This document shows, one piece after another, positions 35,421 to 48,173 of a stretch of 64,000 bases of DNA. A program made the translations under genes and the position numbers. Numbering within the stretch: position 1 is the stretch's first letter; each line of letters begins with the position of its first letter. Source of the DNA: Felis catus (taxonomy: Eukaryota); assembly GCF_018350175.1 (NCBI RefSeq), contig NC_058368.1:121522001-121586000 (forward strand), read 5' to 3'. The notes under the pieces were generated by a model. It was not told the origin of the DNA. It searched no databases and worked only from the letters and a program-made list of their open reading frames with translations.

Positions 35421-38098
35421 ACTTTCAAACATCGCTTGATGCGGTATTCATGTCCCAATGCCTGCTACCTGTGCAGGCTAGGATTAATTAGTCTTAAATG
35501 CTCAACTCATTCCTATAGAATGGGCCTTTCACTATCAGCACCGATTTAGTGTTCACACGCTTTCAATAAGCATTAACTGGATAAAATCTCCAAAAGCCTC
35601 TGCGAAATGTAAGCCGCTATTATTAACACATCTTCCGAGCTTCATCAGATTGTCTGAACAGAGTTATTTTCAACTACAACGGAATTTCCTACTTTGGACA
35701 TTAAACCTTCTGGCATCACCTAAGTAAATGTGTCCTGCCACATTGGAGACAAGGGAAAACTTCATACCCGAGTTGGCACTTGTGTATTTCTTTAATAGGC
35801 CACGCTCATCACCTCGGTAGCGACAACTAGACTCGAGGTCAGGACGTTTCCTGATGTCTGAGCAGTTGTAAATGCACATTACATGTAGCTGTGAGGTACG
35901 TCAGATACGGTAGGTTTCAGCTTTGTGCAAGTCACTTACTTCAGATTGAAGGGGCTCACTTTCCGGACGAGGACCCCCTAGCAGCCTCCCCTGCAGAAAT
36001 TAGGTATTTTTTGTACGCTTACAGAATCTGTTACAGAAGAGCACAAGTATCACCCCAAAGTCTCAAGTTCTTTGACCTGGGAATTGATTTAACAGGCGTA
36101 CTCCAGCGAGGGTGCTCCCTGGCTGCTGTGGTATTTGCCGTGTGACTTTGCTCGGGCCCCAGTAAATCCTTTCGCGTGAATTTCTTAGTTGTGAAAAATG
36201 AGACTTTTCTTTGCTTTCCCATGTGTGCATACTGCACATACCCGCGTGTGACAAGGTGGTGAGTGAATTATGCTTCAGGGTGTGACCAAAGGAAAACAAT
36301 TAAAATAGAAAATTGTTTATATTATTTGGCATATGGAATCCTTTGGGGACACAAGACTCAGCTTTTGAAGAGGTACCTCGTGGTAACTTCCCGGTTGTTC
36401 CCTTTGTGTTTCTTGATAAAAGGCAGAAAGATATTTAAAAGCAAGCTGTCAGTTTCTTCATCTCTTCATAACATGATCATTGGGATGGTACACACTGAAA
36501 GGAATCATGTTATTAAAACTATGGAACATTTCTGTTTTTAGTGGGTTCTCTTGTAACCATTTAAGCAAATGTATTGATTTATTGAACATTCTGGAAGATA
36601 AAAAATGTTTTAAACACTCAAGTTGAAAATACACAGACACGTTTTGTCTGGAAAGGATGGAATCTTCCCCTTGCTGGCGTCCCCTCCTCATGTCTAACTT
36701 AACCACACTATTAACCAGTGGGAGACTTTGTCTTCTTTGAGACTTTTATATCTCTATTTTATACTTCCTCAGGACATCATCTCTTTATTCATAAAATGGC
36801 AAGATTTTTTTTTTTAAACCCATTTCCTGTAGCAAAGGATTTCACTTTAGGAAGTAAGGAGGTCTTGACAACCGAATTCCCTCAGGGATCGCGAGGGGTA
36901 GTATGCTTGCCTTGGCTTTCATTCTTTTCTGCCTTATTCTTTCTTATTGTTGGGATTATTCACTTAATGTGACTACCCAGAAGCCAGAGGCGAAGCTGCA
37001 CTTCAAATTTAAAACCAAAACAGAGGATAGACAGCAGGTGCAAAATTTTTGATAACGGCTTTATGTGGACTAGATCTGGAACATTACAGGTGCAGGGGGC
37101 TTTTCCACTAGTAATGCATATAACCTGTGGATTCTGTCCCAACGCTAGGCTGTAATCCAAAAGAATAAGCACCTGCAGGGAAAAAAATGAACCTGTCTTA
37201 TAACCAACAAGGCGCTTTTTTCAGGCAGCAAACTTAAGGATTACGTAATTATTCAAACCTTTACAATGTTATAGTACGTTACACTGTGGGAATCACAGGT
37301 TACAGGAGAGTTTTGAGCTTTCCTGTAGGAAAAGATCATTTGCTATTGTCACTCTCTGCATTGGTAGTAATGTGGAAAAGTGACCGGGGGAGTTTTTGAA
37401 GAACTCATTTACTGCATTGCATTGGAAACAAATGAGTGTCCCCCCCCTTTTGTCTTAGAAGTATATTAAATTATATAATAAACACAGAGGAAACATCCTT
37501 GCCCTTTTCCCCCATACAAGTTGGTTTTGTATAGCCTTATTAGCTCAGATCTTTCTAAGGATTATTTCCTCCTGAGCAGTAAGAGGCTGGTGACACTGGG
37601 AAGAAGAGAAATTCTGGAATGACCAATTATCTTCCTTTCCTTTCCTTTGGTTTAATTGTGATTACAATGCACTCTGCAGGTATTTTAGTACTGGGTACTA
37701 TTCCAGGTGTTTCTTTTTAAAGGTAGTGGCACCTGTCCTAAAGTAAAAATATCTGAGCAGAAGTGTGTGTAGGGCAGCTAAACAAAAGATTGGTCTGGAA
37801 ATTGTAATTGTCGATACCTTCGTAGGCAAATTAAATTTGTTTGTTGAAATGTGGCACAAAACACGTGACAATTGTCAGTCCGGTAATCAACCTATTCATC
37901 TCTTCACTCCTCCTCGCTCTCCACCCCGCGCCACACACACCTTTTTTCATTTTATGGTTTATAAGGTGTTTGTGATTCTACTTCAGATTAATTCCATTCT
38001 GCTCTGTGAGAGTTTATGTGTTTTTACAGGTCATGTAGCAAATAAGCATGTCCTTCGGGTTAGAAATATGTGGAGAAGGAAATAGAAATGTGAGTGGT

Positions 38099-38264
38099 GG
38101 GGGTGCCTGGGTGGCTCAGTCAGTTAAACGTGTGACTCCTTGATTTCGCCTCAGGTCATGATCTCATGATTCGTGAGTTCAAGCCCCGAGTCGGGCTTTG
38201 CACTGACAGTGTGGAACCTGCTTGGGATTCTCCCTTTCTCTCTGCCCCTCCCTCACTTGCCATC

Positions 38265-38314
<50 letters not shown>

Positions 38315-38330
38315 AAATAAACATTAAAAA
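38099..38330 (+). mobile_element. Can-SINE with internal A45 run
   Basis: Head ggggtgcctgggtggctcagtc; flanks agaaatgtga. Confidence 0.92.
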
Positions 38331-39301
38331 CAGAGAAGAAGAAATGTGACCAGTGTGGAATATAATATTGCCATACACCTGAATGCCTCTTCTAATTCAT
38401 TTGGTCTGTGTATAGGAAGCAGTGCCATTTACATGACCTGACAGGTTGTGTTGTTTAATAAAACACAGAAGTGACATGGAGAGCTTTGGCTGCACGTTGG
38501 GTCTGATTTCCTTAGAGCGGCTAATGACGTGCACACTTTGCCCAGCCCCTGCACACGTCCCCCACATTTGGGGAAATGAGCTAATGTGCCACTTCCAGAG
38601 AGCTTGGTTTTAGGTAATAGGCTCTCCTCTCTTTGTGGCTTTTCTATTTTAATTTCACAACCTAATGACTGGTCCAGGGATCCTTGATGCTAAGGGAATA
38701 TGCACAGGGGATGGTGGGAAGCAGGGGGAGGATGGATACTAAAGGAATCTATTGTTTTTGTCTTGGTTCATGACTCTCTCATCTAGAGAGTCTCTTGTGG
38801 GTCCTTGGCTGAAGCCATCCCAGCTGAGTAGGGACAGAGCAGAAAACGTTCACAGGCAATACAAGAGGTTGCCTGTGGAAGGAGAGTGGACCCATGCCAG
38901 GGGCAGGTTCTCTTTGGAGAGGTGAGAGTCCTTCTGCCAGGCGAGAGCACACTGTTGGTCTGTTGTAGAGCAGTTCGGTGGGCAATGCATAATCCCTTGA
39001 GCAATGCACTCCCAGGACTGTATTGTGCTAGCTACTGAAAATAGTTCTTCCCTCACCCCCCAGCTTTTCCTGATAAGTAAAGCATTATTTCAACCGCATG
39101 TACTAACGGCCCATCAGTGGCCCTCGCTCACTACAGACTCCTGCAGAGAGGAAACAGGAAGCTGGTTTCTGCACTCATGGCTTAACTTCCTCTTCTTTCT
39201 GTGCAGAAAGTGTTCGAGCACAGAAGGGAGAAATAGTGACCGCGTTAAGCTCAAATCCACCCTGATTTATGACAGTGGGTCTTTCATAAATGTTGATACG
39301 C

Positions 39302-39500
39302 TTTAAAAAAAATTCTTTTTTAATGTTGACAGAGAGACAGAGAGAGAAAGAGAGACAGAGTGAGAGCGGAGGAGGGGCAGAGAGAGAGGGAGACACAGAA
39401 TCTGAAGCAGGCTCCAGGTTCTAAGCTGTCAGCACAGAGCTCGACGCAGGGCTTGAACTCACAAACCACGAGATCATGACATGAGCTGAACCGACTGCAC
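39302..39500 (-). mobile_element. Can-SINE (head partly deleted)
   Basis: TSD aaatgttgatac(g/t)cttta. Confidence 0.9.
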
Positions 39501-39652
39501 CAAATGTTGATACTCTTTACATCACAGCAAGGTATATGAGGCACGCAAATGCACTGTGACACTGGACATAGAGTATCCCTGCCTTTGAATAGTAACTCCA
39601 AAATCCGACTGCACACCAGAAGGTTCCTAGTGAACTTTAGAAAGTACATATT

Positions 39653-39763
39653 GGGGCGCTTGGGTGGCTCAGTCGGTTGGCCTCCAGCTCTTGATTTCAG
39701 CTCATATCATGGTCTCATGGTTTGTGAGATAGAGCCTCCTTTGGCATGGAGCCTGCTAGGGAT

Positions 39764-39799
<36 letters not shown>

Positions 39800-39834
39800 C
39801 CTCCCCAACTCTCAAAATAAATAAATTTTAAAAA
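39653..39834 (+). mobile_element. Can-SINE inserted in a MER5-like relic
   Basis: TSD tttagaaagtaca; host continues ...ggccccagcagtgaagattct... and ...gtgattct...gagaaatgct. Confidence 0.88.
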
Positions 39835-40664
39835 TAGTTTAGAAAGTACAGGTTATTAGGCCCCAGCAGTGAAGATTCTAAGTCTGTAGTTCTAGAGAAA
39901 GGCTTTATAGTAGACAGACACACACACACTCACCACACACTGCCCCACATGCACATACCACACACACACTCATGTGCACTCACACAACGTACACACACGC
40001 AGTCACACACCACACACTCAATATGAATAAATACATACATAAATCTACATATATGTTTTTTAAACTTTCCTGAGTGATTCTGCGTGCGATGTGAGAAATG
40101 CTTCCTAGGCTCACTCCATACGTTGATGACACATGATTCAACAGGCAGGACAGAGATGACCTTCCCAAAGAGGGGTCATTCCCTGTGACCCTTTGGATAC
40201 AAGTTCTGAGGACTACCAGTGCCTTTGAAGGGAACTCCTTCCTCCTCAGTCTCCAGCGGAGGTGGTAAGAGGAGTGCTGGAGAAAGCATGGGCTTAGAAC
40301 ACCAGTCTCCTGTGGCCACCATTTTTGTCCCTTAGTTGATACCAACCATCCTGCACATCTTTCTTGGAACATGGAGGGAACTGGGCTCTCCTCAAAGGAT
40401 CCTGAGAAATCATCACGACAGAGAATGTGAGTTAGGAGGCGAGGTGGAACCTGTCACTATCATTCCATCTTGAAAGCGGTAGCTCTACAGAATGTCAGGT
40501 GTCTGTAAGATCCCCACCATTGTCATACTCATAAACTGAACTCAAGAAAGCTGTGTTGAAAATAATGATAATGATAATAATAATATGCAATAATATATAA
40601 TAATAATAACTCACAAAAACTGAGTACATATATTTGGGTGTCCTAAGAACTCACTTTACAACAA

Positions 40665-40869
40665 TTTTTTAAAAATGTTTATTTATTCTGAGAGAGAGAG
40701 ATAGAGAAAGAGAGCACATGAGCAGGGAGAGAGGGAGAGAGAATCCCAAGCAGGCTCCCTGCTGTCAGCACAGAGCTTGACACAGAGTTTGAACTCAAAA
40801 TGTGAGATCATGACCTGAGTCTAAGCCGAGAGTCAAATGCTCAAACCAATGGAACCACCCAGGTGCCCC
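40665..40869 (-). mobile_element. Can-SINE followed by a MIR relic (~40870-41030)
   Basis: Reverse SINE; downstream gaggaaactgagg...gagaggttaatttgcccaa. Confidence 0.88.
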
Positions 40870-42430
40870 TCATTTTACAGCTTTTTGAGGTGGATGTTGC
40901 CAGTGAGGAAACTGAGGAAACTCAGTGAAGTACTGAGAGGTTAATTTGCCCAAATTATGAAGTTGGTAAGTAGGAAAGCCAGGGTTTACATCCAGATGGC
41001 CCAGCCCTCAGATATGGCCCTACTGTAACTGTTTCTCCATTCTGCAGGGGGGCTCTTCTGACATGACTTTTACAACCCAGGAAAGGAACCGACCGGGTAT
41101 ATTCTGACCTGGTCTGTGTGAAAGCAAAAATGAAGGTTTGAATCATTCAGATTTATGCGATGATTTCAAAATTCACAGCCTTACCACTCCTTAGCAGCCG
41201 TGGAAGAAGTTGCTTCTGGAATGCTTATGCAAAGGGGGCAGCTTTCGAGGCTGTTTCAAAGAGTAGTGGTCTCATTCTTTTTGTCCTCTACCCATACCTT
41301 CAACTTCTATTATTCCTGCTTAATACAATACTTACACATTGGGCAATGTGACAACAACGTGCTCTGATGATTTCACTGTGCCTTGCTGTTTAAACAAATA
41401 CTGTCTCGGGGGCACTGATGCATCACTATTATTGTTTCCTGTCATCTCTATACATAGACATATTTTTCCTATTTGCACCTCTTTATACTCATTCTATTCT
41501 TCAAGGTTGTCTTTATGAAGATACATCTGTTTAGCTTTGGTGATTAGCAGAAACATTAGCAGACCTACTGTTTCAGAGCATAAATAATTAATGGATGTTC
41601 CTCATTAATTTCTTCTGAAACTGACTCTTGTTAGACGACTGTTAGATATATTTCTTGAATTAAGAGCACATACAAGGAGTAGGGACTCTCTGTCTATTTC
41701 GAAAATAGACCATTTACTTTTGAGGGAAAATATGGCATCTGAGTCTCTCAATGGCAATGAAAGGAAATCCTCTTTTAATGAGGTGTAACACATGTCTTTT
41801 GTTTGCTGAGAGCCTTCTATTACAAGGCGCCCGTTCTGTGATCTGTTTCTCTAGTTTTCACACAAACCTGCCTTTTCTCCCCTTTTAGTGCAAGTGGTAA
41901 TTATTGTATTGACATATTTACAAAATATGACAGTCAACCTGCCTTTTAATCAAGCAAATGTAAAACAGGAGGATCCCTTCTATGTCTGCCCTTGCCTCCC
42001 TTACTCTTTTTCTTTGTACAACAGCCCATTTCACTACTTGCTGGGGATTTCTCTTAAGTTCATGTACCCACGGTGGAAGCCTTGCCCCACATGAGCTTTA
42101 ATTCCCTCCCTTGCTATCTATTAATACACAGCCTTTGAATAATCTGTTCAAATTAACAGGCAGAAAATAAAAATATAGCTCAGTAAAACACTTCCCTCAG
42201 AGCGTTAGCCTAATTAAAAGTCAGATTTCCTCCTATGAAAAAATCAAATGCACGTCAGTGTTTGCCTGCTTCTGACCCCCAGAGTAGGCAAAGCTTATCA
42301 CCCCAAATATCAACAAAATAACTTCTTAGACTTCCTAAGGATCTCAAACAATTATTCAGCCTAGCTCTAAGCTGGCCTGCCCTTCACCCAACCAAAGGGA
42401 AATTGTGGTTGATTTAAAAACAAAACAACA

Positions 42431-42810
42431 GGGGTCCCTGGATGGCTCAGTTGGTTCAGTGTCAGTTTTTTTTTTTTAACATTTACTCATTTTTTGTGAG
42501 ACAGAGCGTGAGAGGGGGAGGAGCAGAGAGAGAGGGAGACACAGAATCTGAAGCAGGCTTCAGGCTCCGAGCTGTCAGCATAGAGCCCAATGCGGGGCTT
42601 GAACTCACTAACCGTGAGATCATGACCTGAGCTGAAGTCAATGCTCAACCAAATGAGCCACCCAGGCGCCCCCAGTGTCAGACTCTTGATTTCGGCTCAG
42701 GTCATGATCTCAGGGTTCATGGGTTCAAGCCCCGCATGGGGCTCTAAACTGACGTGGAGCCTCTCTACCCCTCACCCCTCTCAAAATAAATAAATAAACT
42801 AAAAAACAAA
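42431..42810 (+). mobile_element. Can-SINE (host of a nested SINE)
   Basis: Head to ...cagtgtcag, resuming cagtgtcagactcttgatttcggctcagg at ~42673. Confidence 0.88.
42466..42672 (-). mobile_element. Can-SINE nested in another SINE
   Basis: TSD cagtgtcag. Confidence 0.92.
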
Positions 42811-43124
42811 CCCCAACAGAATTAGTAGAGTAACTTTGTAATACAGAAGTGCCTCAAAAGTAATCATAAAATATCATGCTGTGCCTATATTCTGTGCTAA
42901 AATTCTAAGTAATGGCAACCACTGCAGCAAAGGGAGGCCATATTTCTTAGCTGTTTTCTTAGCCATGTGGGCTCCTGAATATTTATTCCAAGGTAATAAT
43001 TCCAGGTATTAATGAAATGTTGGTGTCAGCCTGAAGACCAGCATTATCCGTTGATTGCATTTGGCAATGCTGCTGATTAGACCCCATCCATTATAAGCAA
43101 TATTGCCATAATAAAAATAGCTAA

Positions 43125-43320
43125 CTTTTTAAAAAATGTTTTATTTATTTTTGAGAGGGAGAGTGTGAGCAGGGGAGTGGGGGAGGGAGTGGAGGATAGA
43201 GGATCCGAAGCAGGCTCTGTGCTGACAGCAGACAGCCCTATGAGGGGCTCGAACTCACAAACCGCGAGATCATGACCTGAGCCGAAGTCAGAAGCTCAAC
43301 CAAGCCACCCATGTGCCCCC
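43125..43320 (-). mobile_element. Can-SINE
   Basis: TSD aaaatagctaactttt. Confidence 0.92.
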
Positions 43321-43401
43321 AAAATAGCTAACTTTTGAAACATGCTAGGCATAGTGCTAAGTGCTAAATAATAGTTTTAAAGGATGTGTTTAAAAATGTA
43401 C

Positions 43402-43583
43402 TTTTTTAAATTTTTTTAAAAATCTTTATTTTTTAGAGAGAGAGGGAGACACAGAATCTGAGGCACGCTCCAGGCTCCGAGCTGTCAGCACAGAGCCTGA
43501 CACGGGACTCAAACTCACAAACTGCGAGATCGTGACCTGAGCTGAAGTCAGACGCTTGACTGACTGAACCACCCAGGCACCCT
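43402..43583 (-). mobile_element. Can-SINE within a MIR (~43330-43715)
   Basis: Reverse SINE; MIR core ccatttttcagatgagaaa...gattaagttacttgccc..ggtcatacag. Confidence 0.88.
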
Positions 43584-45580
43584 GCACCTTTACACCTTTA
43601 CTGCTTAAGGTGTATATGATTATTTCCATTTTTCAGATGAGAAAGCACAGAGAGATTAAGTTACTTGCCCTGGGTCATACAGTGAAGACATGGCAAAACT
43701 GGGCTATGAATCCAGGTAAAATAAAATTGAAACATTGTGCAAATTGATTATTAAAGGGACAAAGGACATGATGAAACTTATCCACTTTCCTCCCATTTTA
43801 ATTTTTAAGAAGACAATTTTTATTTTCTTCTTTTCTTAGTAATCATGCATCACTTTTGCATTTTGTGACTTGGAAAAATTTCTTTTATATTTGAAATAAA
43901 GTATGTTGAATTATACTTGACGTAAAACATGATGGCTATTTACAGAAGTACGCTACGATGTCTATTTAGTGTTTACTTAATAAACATAAGATGACATTCC
44001 TTTTCTTGAACTTGCTGTCTAAATTCAGAAAAGAGCAGGCAACTTGTAAAACAAGACAAAACAAAAAAACTCTGGAAAAAAGGATAAGGCCCTAGGTTGC
44101 TGTTAAATCTGTTTCCACTATAATTTAGAATTGGTGCATAAAGCAAAAACCAGGCAATGGTTCTTCCGTGTCTAACCAACGGCATGGTGCCCCCCGCAGG
44201 CTGGGGCTGAGAGCCTGCGTGACAAGAGTGAGGTGAAGGTACACAGTAGGAAAAGTGCACGCCAGTGAACGAACCACTCAATCTCAATATTGGTTTCTTT
44301 AATAAATGGCGCCATAAAGTTGCATTGAAGTGCATGTACATTATTAGCATCGCTCACCATGTTTATGATCCACTCCACATCAAAGTGACATAAAAAGCAG
44401 AGTTAGTACCAATTAATATCCAATTGCTCATCAAACTTTAATTTGTATTTGCTTTCCCCCGATTGATACATCTTTTATAACTGAAAGGCTCCATTTCTTT
44501 ATAACATGTGCTATCATTCAAGGCCACTTGTTTTCATCACTCTGCGAACCAGCATGAAGTTGTCTAGTAATTCACCTAGGTTTTGTCACAAGTGCCTGAA
44601 GTTATGGCAGTCTTTTCCTGGGAGCAGCTGTCCCCCTTGGAAGCGGTTGGAATTATTAAAACAGTGGAGCAGCTTCCTGGCTAGCATTGATGAATAAAGT
44701 GCTGATTCTTTCAGAGGCACGCAGTTGATTTCTTGTTTTTCACCTGTTGGTTTGGATTTTGGTGGCACAGCCGCAGAATAGAATTCACCGCTGCTGGGGG
44801 GCTGTTGGAGAAGGCTTGGGGGGAAGTTTGTGGTCGAGAGCTACCACCTGTCAGCACGGTCCTGCCACCCCTCATCTTCAAAAGTTATTCATCCACAGCC
44901 AGTGCCAATTTGGATTGAAAAGATGGTAAAAACAAGCAAAAAAACAACTCCTGATATCTTTCATGTTACTTTATTTTAGGTCTTCTCCTGAGAGTGAATG
45001 CAGACCCATATAAGAGGCTTCATATTGCATGGCTGTTGCAACTCCGAGAGTTCTCCAGGGTAGCAGAGGGCATTCCCGGCACACGGGGTGGGGTGGGGGG
45101 TTTGATCTGCAAGACCCTGACCCCCTCGGTCCCCCCCAACAGAGCCCCAGAGAGCTTCTCGGCAGTCCAGCCACTGCCATGTTTTAAAGGTTCCTGTTGT
45201 ACTTAAACAAATGAGAATATGAAATTGGCATGTTTAAAATCCTCCACATTAAATAATGTAAATGCTTTTCGTATTCAAGGAAGAGGAAGAAGGAAAGGGA
45301 AGAAAGGATAAAAAATAGAGAAGAAAAATTACAGACTTCAAGCTTACCCTCGTTTGGAGAAAAATTTCGAAGGTCTGAATAAGCCTTTTCCCAAAAGAGC
45401 CCCTTGGCCAACCTGTGGGGTAAATCCAAGCCTTAGTGTGGGAAGACAACCACTGGGCAAATGCCTGTGTGCAGTGTGGCAGTGGGTGTGGGGTAGTTTC
45501 TAGTCCTTTGAACCATTTTAGCCTGCAGGTGAAACCATCTGAATGTGTGAAGAAGGAGTTGAGTGGAGGTCCCAATCCTA

Positions 45581-45799
45581 TTTTTAATTTTTTTTTCAAC
45601 GTTTATTTATTTTTGGGACAGAGAGAGACAGAGCATGAACGGGGGAGGGGCAGAGAGAGAGGGAGACACAGAATCGGAAACAGGCTCCAGGCTCTGAGCC
45701 ATCAGCCCAGAGCCTGACGCGGGGCTTGAACTCCCGGACCGCGAGATTGTGACCTGGCTGAAGTCGGACGCTTAACCGACTGCGCCACCCAGGCGCCCC
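45581..45799 (-). mobile_element. Young SINEC_Fc-type element
   Basis: Near-consensus; perfect TSD ggaggtcccaatccta. Confidence 0.97.
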
Positions 45800-45989
45800 A
45801 AGGAGGTCCCAATCCTAATGCTGCTTTCGTCTTTCCATCCTACCATGGATATCTGGATGAGCGTGTTCTGAGGAGGGGACAGGCAAACCGACAGCATCCA
45901 GACCGAGCCAAAGGCATCCCTCCCTCCCCAACTATGGAGAAATATGGTAGGGTGGCGAGAATATGGATCAACATGAATCTGGCAGTCAG

Positions 45990-46200
45990 AGAGGCCTGCT
46001 TACAAACACTGGCTCTCACCTTCCTAGCCATCAGGCCTTGGCCATGACACCAAACTTCCGAGCCTCATCTCTCTCAGCTATAAATGCAGGATAATCATGA
46101 CACCCCTACCCTGTAGTATTGTTACGAGGACTCGATGGGATCATCCTCTCAAAGCACGTGGCATGGTGCCGGGCACAGCATCGATGTTCAGGAAACACAA
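45990..46200 (+). mobile_element. MIR relic
   Basis: ctggctctcacc..ctagc...gagcctca...tataaatg..ggataat...aaagcac..ggcatggtgcc.ggcaca. Confidence 0.6.
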
Positions 46201-48173
46201 CTAGCATCACTGTAAGACTGTTAGATGCTGGGCTCAAGTCTACAGAACCAGGCACGCAGACGAATGGGGAGCTGCAGTCTGCAACCTAGTGGGACAGCCA
46301 CACATTGCCACAAGAAGCATTCTGTGTCAGGGGAGACCCGAAAGGCAGCGCTCACTTCATTTTTTAAATCGTGAAGTATTTCAGCCTTCCTGCAAAGTTT
46401 AGAAAAGAATATGACAAACACCAAGAGTACCCACCGCTCAGCTTAAGAAATAAAACATTCTGAACAATAAAATGCAATACAGCTATTAAAATGAATGAAC
46501 TAGAGCGAGGTGGTTAAATCTCAGAAACATAATTCTGGTCCACAAGAGCGAGTGGCAATAGGATGTATACGATGGGATGCCATTTACCTCAAGTTTATCA
46601 ACTTGCACAGAGATGCTGTGTACTCATTGTTTCGCGGTGCACACGTAGGTAGTGAAAGTGTCAAGATATGCAGGGGGGTGAGAAGTCTCTGGAAAGCTTT
46701 GAAGGATGGGAGCCTTTTAATTCTCAGGTGTCCTGGCTTTGTTCTCAGCAGGGCCTAGGCCAGGAGCTCTCCTCCCTGCTGCTTTACACAGATGTTAGCC
46801 CCTGTGGAGATAGAACTCTAGGCAAACAGTGTTAAATACACTGAAAGCAAAATTCTTCCTTTGAATGTACTCGGCTCCCATTAAAGTCCAGGGGCGCTCT
46901 CTCTGCAGGTCTCCTGCACATCATGGCATGACATATTCAACCTGAATTCTGAAGGTTGGATGTAACATAAAAGCAGGCAACCAACAGCATAAATGTATAT
47001 GAAATGAAATCAATAAAAAGTGTATTTTTTCCTGCTATTGAAGATAGTCCTGGGAGGGAACATCACAGGAGCTAGGACAATGTGAGGGAGAGGCTCACAG
47101 GAAGGATGAAGGGAGAAAGTTGGGGTGGGGGAAGGCTGGGGGGAGGGGGGAGGGGGGAGGCTATGTTAATATTCGCTGCGTGAACTGGGGTTTACTGAGA
47201 AGTGCCTTTTCCCTCACCACTTAAAAAAATCAATTATCAATGCTCATATGATGAAATAGTGATTTGTGTTGTATTCGTCTGACTGTATCCTAAAAGGTCA
47301 TCCTGATAATTATTTCTGAGATCAGGTGGATATCACAAAAGGTTGATACCAGATTATAAATGCGTTATGGACTAAAAACTGGCATCAGGCTTGGAGAGAG
47401 AAAAGCTTTTCTTCATCCATCCTTTTCTGCTATAACAACAGTGGAATTTGTATATCTCATAAAAGGAAAATGCCAGGAATCGCAATGAGTTGTCTGCGTC
47501 GGCTGTTGTGTGTGTCTGTCATAAAAAAACACACGAGGTGGCTTGGAGAGCTTGCGTGAAGTGGGAGGTACACTGGAGAGCCAGGATTGAGCCCAGGGAG
47601 TCTGACTCCAAAACTTCCACTGGATCGCCATGCAATATACCTACCCCCACTGACACAAATACGCAAAGAAATGTTCTTTATTTACTCACAAAGGCATCCT
47701 CAAACTACTGAAACTTTACACGGGGCTCTGTTGCTGGCAGGGCTTTGGAAATTATCTAATGTGACCCTCTCTCTCAGAAAGCTTGTATTCCAGGTAATAA
47801 TGTGGTCTGGTAGCTGGAACATCAGTCTTGGCACTGGGGACCTGGTTTCTAATCCCCATCTTATTCTAAAATTGTCCTGCTCTAGCAGACACGCCTTTGC
47901 CAGCTCTTGCCCCTGACTTTTATAACTGTCCTAAACTCCCCCAGGGCTGGGCTCCCGCATTCTTTTTTTCTATGACATGACCTTGCCCTTCTGTGACCTC
48001 AGGAGATTAAACTCCTGACCTAGGATGGACACCTGACCTAGGGGAAAGCAGTCATTGGTGGACAGAATCAGCCAGACTGTCCCCTGGGAATTTGGGCAAA
48101 GAAAGAGAAGGTCGAGAACTAATGCTGTCTCCTTCCTAGATCTGAGTGATGTTGTTTAGAAATGCCTGGAGTC

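Noticed and set aside
38770..39160. GC-richer block with several overlapping short ORFs
   Set aside because: No splice or coding signature. Possibly an old ERVL-type LTR, but I could not assign a family confidently.
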